Source: Chrysomallon squamiferum
Lineage: Eukaryota > Animalia > Mollusca
Direction: 5' to 3'
NCBI GenBank assembly: GCA_012295275.1
Contig: CM022667.1
Location: 8,866,001-8,930,000 of the forward strand
Length of the DNA: 64,000 bases
Part shown: positions 1 to 12,271 of the stretch, piece by piece
Numbering within the stretch: the stretch's first letter is position 1
How the letters are laid out: each line of letters opens with the position of its first letter
The notes under the pieces: generated by a model
What the model was told of the DNA's origin: nothing
Database searches by the model: none
The model's input: only the letters and a program-made list of their open reading frames with translations
Translations under genes and position numbers: made by a program

Positions 1-50
1 AATTAGCTATAGAGCAGGAAATGAAAGATGCCAGACGGCAGAAGTTCTAC

Positions 51-3000
51 CTTGTTCTCAATGATCATCTGTTTGAGTCTGTGCAGGAACAGAAGCAGTG
101 ACGGATGGACATCGTTAAACCTGGCTGCCAGTGACCGAGTCTGTGACACCATCTCCGGTTTTAACGGAAGAAAGATTTTAGTCACCCACCTGGAAAAAAA
201 TCACATCACTGCTGATTAACATACTCAGTAGTCTTTCATCCATCAAATACAAATACTTGTATATCAAATGTTATGGTGTGTGCTGTGCTGTCCAATATAA
301 AACTATACAGAAACACTCCACAACTACTTACACAGCCACACCCTGGCATATTTTTTTATACAAAACAATTACAACTTAGCAACATACCACAGACACACCC
401 AAACATACAAATATCCTACTTCCATAGATCTACTTACATTGATAAATGCTATTTATATAAATCTACTTATACACATCCTTACTAATAAAGATCCATATTC
501 ACTTGGATCCTACTGGCATGGATCCTACTTCCATAGATCCATACTTACATAACTATTCCCTAACAATAATTATGTTTTGTGTCTTTATGACATACTAGTT
601 TTGTACATAGAATGGTCATCTATGCAAATCAGGGACTGTATGTAGATATAAAAATATCTTTGACTTTAAATGTATGAAAACAGTAAGTTTTTAGCTTCTT
701 GTGAGAACTACACACTGCAGAGCAGCAGACATGGGTTACAGAGTCAGTCATTGTGCTGTAATTGTGTCTTTAAACACATTTTCACTTCACTTGTGGATTA
801 ATAAGGAAAGAAAATACTTAATTATATTGTTATCCTAAACATTTATTTTCAAGATGAATGTTAAATGTATTTTACATTTTTAAACATTTTTTAATTTTAC
901 TGTTGTTGTTTTTAAATTACATTATTTATAATCCTAAAACTATAAATTTAACTTCACTTGTAGATCTGTAAGAAAATAAAATACTTACTAATTTTGTTAT
1001 CATCTCCATTCTTTTAATTTTTTATAATGAATGCTAATTTTATACAGAATATTTGTTTTAGTATATTTGATTAGTATTAACAATCCGAACTACTCATTAC
1101 AAGTTATGAAAATTTTGATACCTGTTCTCAATTTCTTCAGCTTCATCCAGCCAGTGAGGCAGAATGTATCCCATGGGGCCACTCTTCACATCAAAACAAA
1201 TATGGTAGCCATTGGAGTGAATTTCAGGTCTGTCAGTGACCCGAAACACAGATTTGAACCCAATACCTTTCTGACCTGAAAAACACACACTCTGTACCTT
1301 AACACAGTGTTCTGTCTTTTTTCTCTAACTTCACCTCTACGTGATAAGTTATTATCATTAATCAGGCTTGGAATGAAATATATTTATTTGTCAAAATATA
1401 ATTTTATGTGCATGTGGATATCTAGTTAATGTGATAGAAATTAGAACAAAATTATCTGTGAAAAAAATGTTCTCATATGCACATATGTACACTCATAATT
1501 ATGCACTCACATAAATACATGCACACATTCAGACATGTGTAGCCTACATACATATATTCAAATATACATACCTTGAGATTACAGCTGTCTGCTTGCAAAT
1601 TGCTCATCAAAACACAAAAACACAAGTATACACATACACACAGAGACAAACAGCAAAAACAACATATATACATATCCACATACAAGCAAACATCAGACAC
1701 ACAGTTGTACAGACGTGATTATACACAAAACATTGAGTTTATTTTTACCTATGTATCCAAACTTGTGTTTGCCTTTCGTACTTCGGCCCACATCGCAGAT
1801 AGCTCGGATGTTTATCTCGGCAAACCCACTCTCGTTGTTCAGGACCACTATGCCTTTGTCGTCTATGATGAACTTCACTGTGGGGCAGTCTGCGGACACG
1901 CCCTGCATCATTTCCTCGGGGTACGAGTTGTCGTCAGCATTCTGGACAAGCTCCAGCACGAAGTGAGTGTCCTTGCTGTACAAGTCCTTGGACAGCCGGT
2001 CAAGACTCCGGCCAAGGCGTTCCTGCTGGACTCTCATCAGACGTTCTCCGTCGCTGTCCAGCTGAATTCCAATCCCAAACTCGTCACGTCGGATTCTGTC
2101 AATTGTTTTTTTGTATACGTTGATTTCTCCTTCTTCTTCTTTTTCTTCTTTGTTTTCTTCATCTTTTTCTTCTTCTTCTTCTTTTTCTTCTTCATTTTTT
2201 GATTCAGTGACAAGTTCATCTTCCACGGCTTCTTCCTCGTGTCTGTTCTCGTCGACTTTACAGACTTCCATCAGTTCTTGTGTTTCGTTTTCTGTTTAAA
2301 AACAACACACACACAGCTGTTAATGAACTGAGCAGTGAGAAATGTTTAAAAAATCACAAAAATTATTTTAAAACAAAGATCAAAACTGCTACTGGACAAT
2401 CTACTCTGTGTTAGTCTCTGACCTGTGGTAACATTTTCTGATGATTTGCTTTCTGCTGTGGCCTCAAGCTCATCCTTAGCCTTCTTGTCATCAACATCCA
2501 TGTGTTGCTTGTCACTGTCCTTGTCAGCATCGGCAATGATGTCATCATCATCTTCATCGTCTGACAAGAAGGATGCAATGCTGTCGGCCGTCTCTGACTC
2601 TGACTGTGATTCAGGCTCGGAAAACTTAAAAATCAGAAAAAAAGAGAAAAAAATATTATTACCTGCCACAGGTTCTGAATTTGAATAGTTACACTGTGCT
2701 TTAATACTGAATTGCTGCTCACCATTTCAGTGATTCAAACACAGAAAACTTTCAAAAAATATTTTTTTTCGACAGCAACAGTTTCTTAATTTGAATTTGT
2801 ACTTATCTTTGCTTGTGTGCACATGTGTGTGTGTGTGTGTGTGTGTGTTTTTAAGATCTGAAATGTAAAAACATTCTCACCATTATCAAGTCTTCGTCCA
2901 GTTCTTCAGCTTCTGCCTCTGTGATCACCACTTTGACATCGTTGTCCGCGGGTCTGCACCGGGCGTGGACACCCTCCACCCACTCTTGCACCCCAAGCAG

Positions 3001-5886
3001 ACACGCCAGCTTCTCCAGCTTGTGTTGCTGGTGTGCAGACTGGCATGCTTGGAGGAGAGAGGTTTTCGACTTTGTTGATCCAATTACTTGTCCTAGTGTC
3101 TCTAGAAATATCTGAAAAATAAAAATAAATAAATAATAAACAAACAAACAAACAAATGAATAGATAAACAAACAAACAAACAAAAAAATAAATAAACAAA
3201 TATGTACTATAAACAAATAAATGAATAAATAAAAGTCATTTAACAAACATATGAAACTTAAATATATATTTAACTAAACAATTAAGCCTCAAAATAAATG
3301 AATAAATAATTAAAAAAAATAATCTATTAAACTCACAAATATAGGAAATAAATAATTAAATTAACAAATAAAAACAAAAATATAAAAAAATAAAAAAAAT
3401 ATATAAATAAATGAAGATTAAAACAAAAAGTAACCTGATCAGCTACAGCAAGACCAATGCGAAGAGGTAAGTGCATCAAACAGCCAAGTACGAAAGTAAC
3501 AGCAGGATCCATTTCAGTGTTGTTAAATACCTGTCCCCCTGTAGAAATACAATTATTTATACACTCAGAGTCTTTACACATCAGAAGTGGGAAAATATAC
3601 TGCACTAGATTTGCAAAGAGAACTGTTTTAAGAGACACACTACATATTATAGTTGTTGTGACTGAAATAACAAGAAATGTAAGCGAAAAAACTAAATAAA
3701 ATAAAAATTTATGAATAATACATTCCAACAACTAAACATGCACACTGTCCCCTACAATAACTCTATTCTGGACCTAATTGTTTTTTCAATGCGTATGCAA
3801 CCACTATCTCCAACCCCTAAAATATCCAATATAAGAGTGAAAACACCTCAATTTCCACTCTAAAACAATTTTTGATTGGGACCTGATTGTTTTTAATGAT
3901 GTTAATACTCAGATATACAACACGAGTATCCCACCCCACCTCTAAAATAATTCTCAAATGGGACCCAGTATGTTTTTATGAAAACTTGTTTAGACAAAAA
4001 CAGTACACAATTCTTGACCAGGATTACCTCCATTCAGGTCTGCTGTGCTGGATGCGTGCAGCTTGAACAGCGTCGTTTTCATCTGATTCGCCATCAGTGC
4101 CAACGAGCATGTTTTCTATGCCCTTGTTTGACACGACCAGTGATACCAGGTGACCACACGTCCCTACAACATCGCTCTGTTCCAATGCGGCTTCGAATTT
4201 CTCTGTCGACGTCTGCGACACGAGTTTGAGCAGTTTACCTGGTCTGACTTCCAGAGCCTGGATGTCAGTGGTCAGAGTTTTTTTACCTCCTAGAAAAATA
4301 GTAAAAATACACATAGAGTCTCCATCAGTGCTTGTATATTAACTCATGTATAATCTAATGGATGAAGGAAGGAAATGCTCTCAGTACATTTTTTTTTTAC
4401 AGTTTTATGATGCAGGACAAATTAAGTATCACTCAGAAAGCTAGAGAAGAAACCATCAAAACTCATTTCAGGTGTTATCCTTTCTGATTTGTGGCAAGGA
4501 ATCCTTTTTATGCATCAACCCCACAGATAGGATAGTACATACCACAACCTTTTCTATCAGACCCTTAAGAAGAATCACTCCAACCACTCAGAATACCTTG
4601 AATGAACACAAACACTCAGTATTTGAGCTATGCTCTCTAAATCCCAGATACATTAAAAAAAAACACTAACTTTAACAGTGAACTAATAAATAAAATAAAA
4701 AACATTTCCAAAGAAAATGCTTGAACCTTCAAGATAAACTGTATTGATGCCTCCGTATTTCTGGATGAAATCTCTGAGCTTTCCGTGTTCAGGTTCGAAA
4801 ACCAGCGACCAGTGACTGAATTTCTGCAAGTCTTCCAGCAGAGGACAGTTGTGAAGGCAGATGAGAGCCTGGTCTTTTGTCATGTTGCCCAGAACTCCAA
4901 CCCGCTTCTGAGTGGTCTCCAGCCTGGTTAAAACAAACCAAAAACACTTGTAACAACAACAGCAACAACAACAGTAATACCATTGCATAACAGTAATACC
5001 ATTATGTAATAACAACAGTAATGCCAAAATATTTAACAACAGTAATGCCATTATGTAACAACAATAATACCATTATATAACAATGATAGTAATACCACAA
5101 TGAAACAACAGTAGTACCATTATGTAACAACAATGGTAATACCATTATATAACAACAATGGTAATACCATTATATAACAACAATGGTAACACCATTATAT
5201 AACAACAATGGTAATACCATTATGTAACAACAACAGTAATACCATTATATAACAACAACAGTAATACCATTATATAACAACAACAGTAATACCATTATAT
5301 AACAACAATGGTAATACCATTATGTAGCAACATGAGTCACATGATAATTGTATTTTTCTGTTTCATTTCTAAATTCAAACATGGTAAAGTTTAAACATTT
5401 CATTTAAAAGGTACTGGTTTCATCAACAGTAAAATCATTAATACACAAGATTACGAAATGATTGAAAATATATCTGATTGGTTGCTGCATTCTTTATTTT
5501 CTTTTTCTCTCATATTACTGTTTTTTGGTGACACTAATGATGACAGAAATATATAAATACAGACACACAAATATTAAAAAAACGATGAAAATTATATTAA
5601 CATGTCACCTTGCATTACAGCACACAGCAGCTTCATACATGACTCTGTATTCCCTGGCCTTGTGTTTGCCTGGTTTATCAGCTGCAGTCAGAAGTCTCTG
5701 AATGTTGCCATGGCCAAACTGTCTGACATCTGACGTACCAAACTGGTTTTTCAGCGCTGCTTCTATTTTCTCACTCTGTGATGATTATAAATAAATAATT
5801 ATATAGATAAGTAAATAAATAAATAAATAAACAAATAAATAATATTATAAATAAATAATTATATAAATAATTATATAAATAAATAA

Positions 5887-5936
<50 letters not shown>

Positions 5937-6360
5937 ATATAATTAAATAAAAAATAAATAAATAAATAAACATTTAAGTTTATAACCAAGTAAATACATT
6001 TAACAATTTATACCTAAAAAAGGAAAATTAAATAAAGGTCTAGAGTTTGATTCCCTAGAGCTGTGATGCTCTCAGCACTAAGTAAGAACGTGACAGGACA
6101 TGATAGTTACATATATGATTGGTAGTACATTAAGCTAACATAGTAGCACTGACTATGTGCTCCCCAGGACTTTGAGGTGTATGTTGAAAAGAAAAAGGTT
6201 TGAGTTAGGAAAATAAAGAGTGGACTTTGAGCATGTATTGTACCTGGAATTACCATTCCTATTTAATATTAAAAATAATAATAATACCCATATACTACTA
6301 AAATAAATAATAATAACATCTCTTTATAATCTATTATACTCTTCTAGAAATAATAATAAC

Positions 6361-6412
<52 letters not shown>

Positions 6413-9400
6413 TCGACAGTCTTGAAACACCTGATTATTGATATTTCAGATATAAAACTTTCTAACTCACCTGGGTGATGCCAGTGTTTTTACTCTGTCT
6501 GATGAACTCAAGCAGGTTGGTCAGATGTGGTCGATAGACAGAATCACCGTCACCACTGCCCCCTGACAACCCAAACGTTGTACCACCACATTCATCTAGC
6601 AGCTGTAACAGTTAATTTACATCTCTTATTTGAAACTTGCCTAAACAGTTTTTATACGCAAATATAATCTGATATTAATATTAATATTTAGTGATTTATA
6701 ATGCTGAATAATCTACATTTAAATTTTATTTTTTTTTAAATTCAGAATTTAATAAAACCAAAGAATTTTTTTTTTTTTAAATTAGCAAGATATAAATATA
6801 TAATTAAGTAACAAAGGCCTCGTCATGCACTGTCCTGTTTATGGGATGGTGCTTATGAAAGATTTCTTGCTGCTGATCAGAAAGAGTAGCCGGTAAAATG
6901 TGTGTCTTCTCTGATTGGCCCTAAACTAGGTGTCTAACACTTTATGGCGACTGTGAAGAAAAAGTGTTCAGTGTGTCTTTAGATAAAACATTTCCTCTCT
7001 TCTGAAATTAATGTTTTCAAATAAAACCAGTCCACTGAATAGTTAGTTCAACAACAAAACCCAAATTTGTAAATGTGTGCCTTGTAAGAGTGGAGTAAAA
7101 CAAACCTCACTGTGATATTTACTTACGTGTTTTGCAGACGTATCTCCCAACAAAAAGCACAGAAATGAACCAAAGCCAAAAGCGTGGAATGTGGGAAAAC
7201 AGAAGTCTTCCAGAAGCTTCTGCTCAATGCGCTCCAGGTGGGACAGACTCAAGCTTCCTGATGCCAAACAATTGTCAAGGTACTTTTTCAGTCGTTCCAA
7301 GATGTCCGCTGAAATATTGAATTTTAAAATCTCTTTTTTCTCCAATACTAAACAAATTATTTGTACAATAACAGTGCACGTAAAGTCAGAAACATATCAC
7401 ATTCACAAATACACACAGATACATAACACTAGATAAACACAATCAAATTAAACCTTGTTTTTTCAAGTAATATAATTTCTTTTTACAAACAGAGTGAAAA
7501 CCTGTTTCCAAATTATTACCTTCAGTTTGTTTTTTTAATTCATTTTCCAATGATTCTTCTGCATTAAATTTTAAATTGTTCATAAATTAAAAAAAATATA
7601 TAAAAAAAAGGTTTGATTAAATATTTAAGTAAATGAATAAACAGCAGTAATTAAAAAAAAAAAAAAAAAAAAGTTAGGCTGCTGACAATGAACTCTTGTT
7701 AAAAATGACCATAAACAATAATTCAATCTAAAAGAAAACAAACTTTCACTATAAACAAAAATAATATTTCTTTTTAAAAGCATTTATAATAAAAGATAAT
7801 TTCAGCAGAATGAACTAATTCACATTATAATCCTTTTTTTTTTTTTTTTTTTTTTTTAAATTTGCTAGCACAATTATTAGCTAACTAACAACCAATACTT
7901 TATTTTATTATTAATCTTTATGTTTGGTTTGTTTTGGGGTTTGTTTTCTTTGCTATCTAAAATTACAAAAAGACCATTAAAAACAATCCTGGTTTACCTT
8001 TAGGTGGTGGCTGACGTACTTGTGCTGTTTCTCCTGGCGCAGAGTTCGCTCTTTTGGCACACGGGGGCTGCAGAATCTCCATAACTGACTCCCTCAGTGT
8101 CATGTTGCTGACACAGACAGCCAAGTGAAAGAGCATTCTCGACAGCTCAGAATTGTTCATTTCCATCAGAAAAGTCTTGATCGTTTCACTCATTTTCTGA
8201 TGCTGTCTCCGTTCACTCCTCGTCTGGGGGTCATCGACAGACATCAGAAGTTGGAACTTGTCGAAAATCTCCCTCACCACTCTCTCCGGCGCCTGCTTCA
8301 AGTAATGATCCCGCACCTCCGAGGTTCCATCATCACCGCGCTGAAACACAACGCTGCGGAATTTCTGGAACGCGCCGGTGATTTCCTTCTTAAGTTCATC
8401 TTTGCACGCTTCAGTGACAGATCGTCTGTTAGCAGCTGCATCCCGCTGAGATTTTTTAATCATCTAGAAATTAATATTTTTTTAACAATGATTAAAAATT
8501 GTATTTAGCCAACTTTAAGCTCTAAAATTAGAAATTAGAGTTATGTACTTACTGGACAACATTCTGCTGCATATATATATAAGCTATTTAAAAAATATTT
8601 TAGTTCATCAACAGGCGCATACTGCTAGCCAGTCAGGTCAGTGACTTGACAAACTGCAGGCAATATGGTGTGCTTTTTCCAGTACATTCTGAACAATTTC
8701 AGTTTTGAACACATTAATTCAGTATATCAGAAACACTGGAACTTCAGTGAAATCAAACAATATCCAAGCATTGTAATTCCATTGTAATTAATGTAAGATT
8801 ATATAAAAAATAAGAAGTATTCACAACAGAATTTTGAGTCACAAAAGATTTCTACGTTCAAAAAAAAATTCTGCAGAAAGTGTTTTACTCATTTATATTG
8901 ATAGCAACTGATGAGTGGTAATTACAGTTTGCACAGTAACATTGTGAAATCAGTTAATTGTTTTAATGACATAAGATAACAGTAAAGTAATTCATAAAAA
9001 AAAAATAATGAAAAAACAAAAAATGTAATTGATTAATTTACCTGAACTGACAGAGGCAGACTTCTAATTCTAACCCCAAGTTCATATGCACTGTCAACAG
9101 AGTACTTTTCCACCAGGTACTGCATCACTTCTTCCATCTTGAGCTCATCACACCACAACTGTTTCACATCCATGAACTTGCACAGGTGCTTGAGTATATC
9201 GATGGTGGTGATCTCTAGAACTTCTCTTTCTGCCGGAAACTTGAACAGGTCGTAAACGACAGGGAGTTTTTGTATGGGGCCGACTCGAAGTGCACTGAAA
9301 TCTCTGTTAGCTTGAGCAAAGTCGTTCATGCAGAGCTGTAATTCATGCACGGTGCAGATGCAGCGACACATCACAAATGCATGAACATACAGGTTGACCT

Positions 9401-10652
9401 TGTTGAGAAGTCGGATGTGTTCTTTGGCTGACGTAAGCTGTTTTATTGACCTCAGGTTTGGGTTGAGTTCTTGCAGGCGATTTCTTGAAAACCTCTTCAG
9501 CAGAAGCTGCTCAATCCTCAAAGGTGCCACGTACTCCTCTGCATCAGACAGAATGTCAATGCAGTCTTTCACTATGCTGTCAAGTTGATCAAAAGACACA
9601 AACTGACCTGGACTCATGGTGTACGGTTTAACATTTATGTCTTTTTTCGTGGCAGGTTTTGGTACTGCAGAGGCAGCCATGTCTTCAGGACATTCGTCTT
9701 TGGCTGTCTTTATGGCTGACGGTTTAACAGATGGTGGAGTAGTCACTGTTGATGTGCTTTTTTCTGGTGGAGAGAGTTCCTGTGGCAATGTACCTGATCT
9801 GGCTTCCAATCTTGTCATTCCCATTGGTGGCTGAACAAGATTGCTGCCATGAGAAGGAGGTGACGGTGACGGGGTATTAGATCCTAAAAATAAAAGTTGC
9901 TGGCCAAGAGGCTGGATGCCACGAAGCTGAGAATACGATCCTTGAGGAATAGCTGGTCTTTGAACAAACTGGTTTGGTGGCAGTAACACTTGCGGTGTTT
10001 GGAAACCAACATTTCTTAGAAAATGTCTTCCCAGTGGGGCACCTACTGAGGAGCTTCTTAACTGTGCCCCAGGCATTGCTTGTTGCAGTTCAGAGTCATC
10101 TCTAGCTTGGTGAAAATTTAATTCATCTCTACCTAAATCTGTTTGTTGTTTCTGAGGTAAATCTTTACTTTCTCTTGGAAGCTGACTTCTGCTAAGTAAG
10201 TTTGGCCCATCATCTATGCTGTCAAGTGATTCTGATAATGAGGAAGTAGTAGCAAAACCACGCACAGACAATCCACCCTTGAGACGTGCACCTTGACCCC
10301 AGTTACCTTGATCATACACCCCCTGACCCCAGGCTCGCTCCACTGCAGGTTTAGGATTAACTTTAGATGGAGAAAACTCTTTCAAGACAATCATGTCGCC
10401 TTCTTGCTTCATTACATCAGAAAAGAAGGAAAACACTTCCTCCATTTCCTTAACACCATACTCTGAAGGTCTGGGATTAAGATATCGTTTACTGTAGAAA
10501 TTCCATATCATTTTCTTATCCACTGCACCATTTTCATGTTTCAGAACTTGAATCAGTCGGTCCTTTAACTTATTAAGTTTTTCGATCTGTCTTGGAGTTC
10601 GACTGGCACTCCAATCACTGGCAGGCGATTTCTGTATTTCTTTCTTACTCAT
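51..10652 (-). CDS. NO VEIN (NOV)-like protein: N-terminal LOTUS/OST-HTH-like domain, NOV-type helical region, sacsin-like GHKL (HATPase_c) ATPase; 3'-partial; apparent frameshift at about 4106
   Basis: Coding exons (minus strand, all GT-AG): 10652-9042, 8463-7998, 7308-7127, 6602-6471, 5775-5609, 4923-4727, 4289-4028, 3538-3435, 3111-2881, 2624-2423, 2291-1749, 1275-1122, 189-51, then off the window. Phases are consistent except 4028->3538, which needs a 1-nt correction. GHKL motifs: LSKDLYSKDTHFVLELVQNADDNSY, NNESGF, ICDVGRSTK, GYIGQKGIGFKSVF, PEIHSNGYH, LLLFLHRLK, typical of the NOV/sacsin ATPase clade. Confidence 0.88.
2127..2200 (-). repeat. Coding GAA-rich tract (poly-Glu/Lys linker) just before the ATPase domain
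   Basis: Encodes EEEKEEEEEKDEENKEEKEEEGE within exon 2291-1749. Confidence 0.85.
4360..4560. mobile_element. Degenerate SINE-like interspersed repeat
   Basis: gaaggaaggaaatg...tttctgatttgtggcaaggaatcctttttatgcatcaaccccacagataggatag is the reverse-complement relative of 6816-6995. Family assignment is by eye. Confidence 0.5.
4965..5331. repeat. 25-bp minisatellite (TACCATTATATAACAACAATGGTAA), about 14 copies
   Basis: Directly visible tandem units; many units contain the inverted repeat AATGGTA/TACCATT. Confidence 0.9.
5788..5970. repeat. (AAAT)n / AT-rich microsatellite
   Basis: Direct inspection. Confidence 0.9.
6350..6410. repeat. (AAT)n microsatellite
   Basis: Direct inspection. Confidence 0.95.
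6816..6995 (+). mobile_element. Degenerate SINE-like interspersed repeat
   Basis: Core tgtcctgtttatgggatggtgcttatgaaagatttcttgctgctgatcagaaagagtagcc and tail gtgttcagtgtgtctttagataaaacatttc. Related degraded copies at about 620-790, 29890-30080, 58730-59015 and 61540-61835. Confidence 0.55.
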
Positions 10653-11303
10653 GATGAATTGTTATTAGTCATTAGAAACAATCATCTAAAAATATAAATT
10701 TTTATGTTTTAAAAATTAACAAAGCCTAGTTATAATATTGTGAAACATTATATTTCTAAAAACTAATTATAAGCAATCAGATGTTTGATTTAAAAACATC
10801 ATATAAACAGTTAAAGCAAAAAAGCCTCACAAACATAATTAAAACCTTTTTGTAATACTTACAAAAATACTTCTATTAATATTACATAGTTTTTATAATG
10901 ATTCAAATAAACATTATTCCTTTATTTGCTTATTTGTTCACTGTAATTCTTTCCTATGTCGAACAAATTACTTATATCCTTTATGGTCGCATTTCCTGGA
11001 AATAGTTTAACTGAAAGTGATTATGAGTAATAAATAACTTCTAATTTCTTGGAAATATTAATTATTAAATAACGATAACAGAGTGACGCAATTAATCTAC
11101 TGAATATACTTGAAATGTAGATGTAAAATATCCGACATGAAAATATAACGAAGCATCTAAGAAACGATATTTACAATGAAGAAAAAAAAAAATGATCACT
11201 GCAGAAAATGAGAAAGCAACAACTTGCAAAAGATAAACGAGCAAAGTGAAAGTAGATTTACAAACAGCAAAGAAAACTAAATTTCCACGAATTGATTACT
11301 CAC

Positions 11304-11500
11304 AAAATATTCTTTGAAATTCACTTAGAAAATACTTAATTAACGTATTTTTGCATTCTGTTATGCACTTCAAATTATTTCAAAACATTTACAATGAAAT
11401 TCTCTCGTGCGTTCTTGAGTAACAAAACCTCGATTACTAAAGAAACTAGTTTGTTTTTATTTGCATTTTGCTTTTTCTGTTGAACATTCCGCCATTTTGA
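11304..11500 (-). promoter_or_regulatory. Putative TSS region and non-coding exon 1 of the NOV-like gene with a YY1 motif (repeated in each unit)
   Basis: CAAAATGGCGG (YY1 consensus) at 11489-11499, also 13552-13562 and 15613-15623. Strong donor TTT|GTGAGT at 11303. Acceptor tttttag| at 10686 precedes the ATG exon. Short uORF MAECSTEKAKCK* at 11495-11457. Confidence 0.55.
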
Positions 11501-12271
11501 ATGCGCTACTACTAGAAATAAAAGAAAGTTAAAAACAAGTACATAGTAATAAATATGTAATATATATATATATATATATATTAAATTGCAACAATAACTT
11601 TAGAGTTTCACCAATACGTGCAGAATAGATAAAAATACCTAATCAGTGCGAATTTACATTAAAGAAAAAAAAAAAAAAATCCTATCTTGATCCGTTTTGG
11701 AGTCCATGGACTCGTCCATTTCGTTATGTTCTATAGTTATACCATAATCTTATCGTTATAGCATTTTTTTTTTTTTTTTTTTTTTTTAAATATATTAAAG
11801 GGCGAATCTTGTTTTTAAGATTTTCTTTAATTATCTTTGCACAGATTATATCTGCTTGCGTTGCATTTTCTTGCATTGTTCTCACATACATAATCGCCAA
11901 AGACACACCCCTTCTCTCCAAAAAAAGCCGTGGTTGCGCTTAGGTACCATTGTACCGTTGGCTGAACGAAATTAGATTTCGGGTGCTAAATTCAAACTAA
12001 TATATGGCTGAAATGTAGTAAATTAACGTTGTTGACCCTTAAATTGCCTTAGGAAGTTGTTTTTCTACTTGGCAAAACATTTATTTGTTCACAAACGAAA
12101 ATGCTAGCCATTCAAAACTTCTCTGCAGTATATTGTAGCAAGAGAAGCAAGTAACAAATAACTGATATATGACAACATTTTCAAAAACATTATTCTCCTT
12201 TATAATTATCTTTTCAAGAACAACAATAACAACATTAAAATGACTCCATGGCAACATAAACATTGAATATC

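Noticed and set aside
1573-2202. 209-aa plus-strand ORF
   Set aside because: Antisense shadow of the ATPase exon plus low-complexity poly-Phe from the GAA tract.
51-2291. Bacterial contamination or recent HGT of a defence ATPase
   Set aside because: The gene has at least 13 spliceosomal introns with host microsatellites and SINE relics, so it is a resident eukaryotic gene.
2663-2674. Possible 12-nt micro-exon (ttcag|AACCTGTGGCAG|gtaata)
   Set aside because: It would leave a 38-nt intron, far shorter than any other intron here (shortest about 130 nt), and is not needed for phase.
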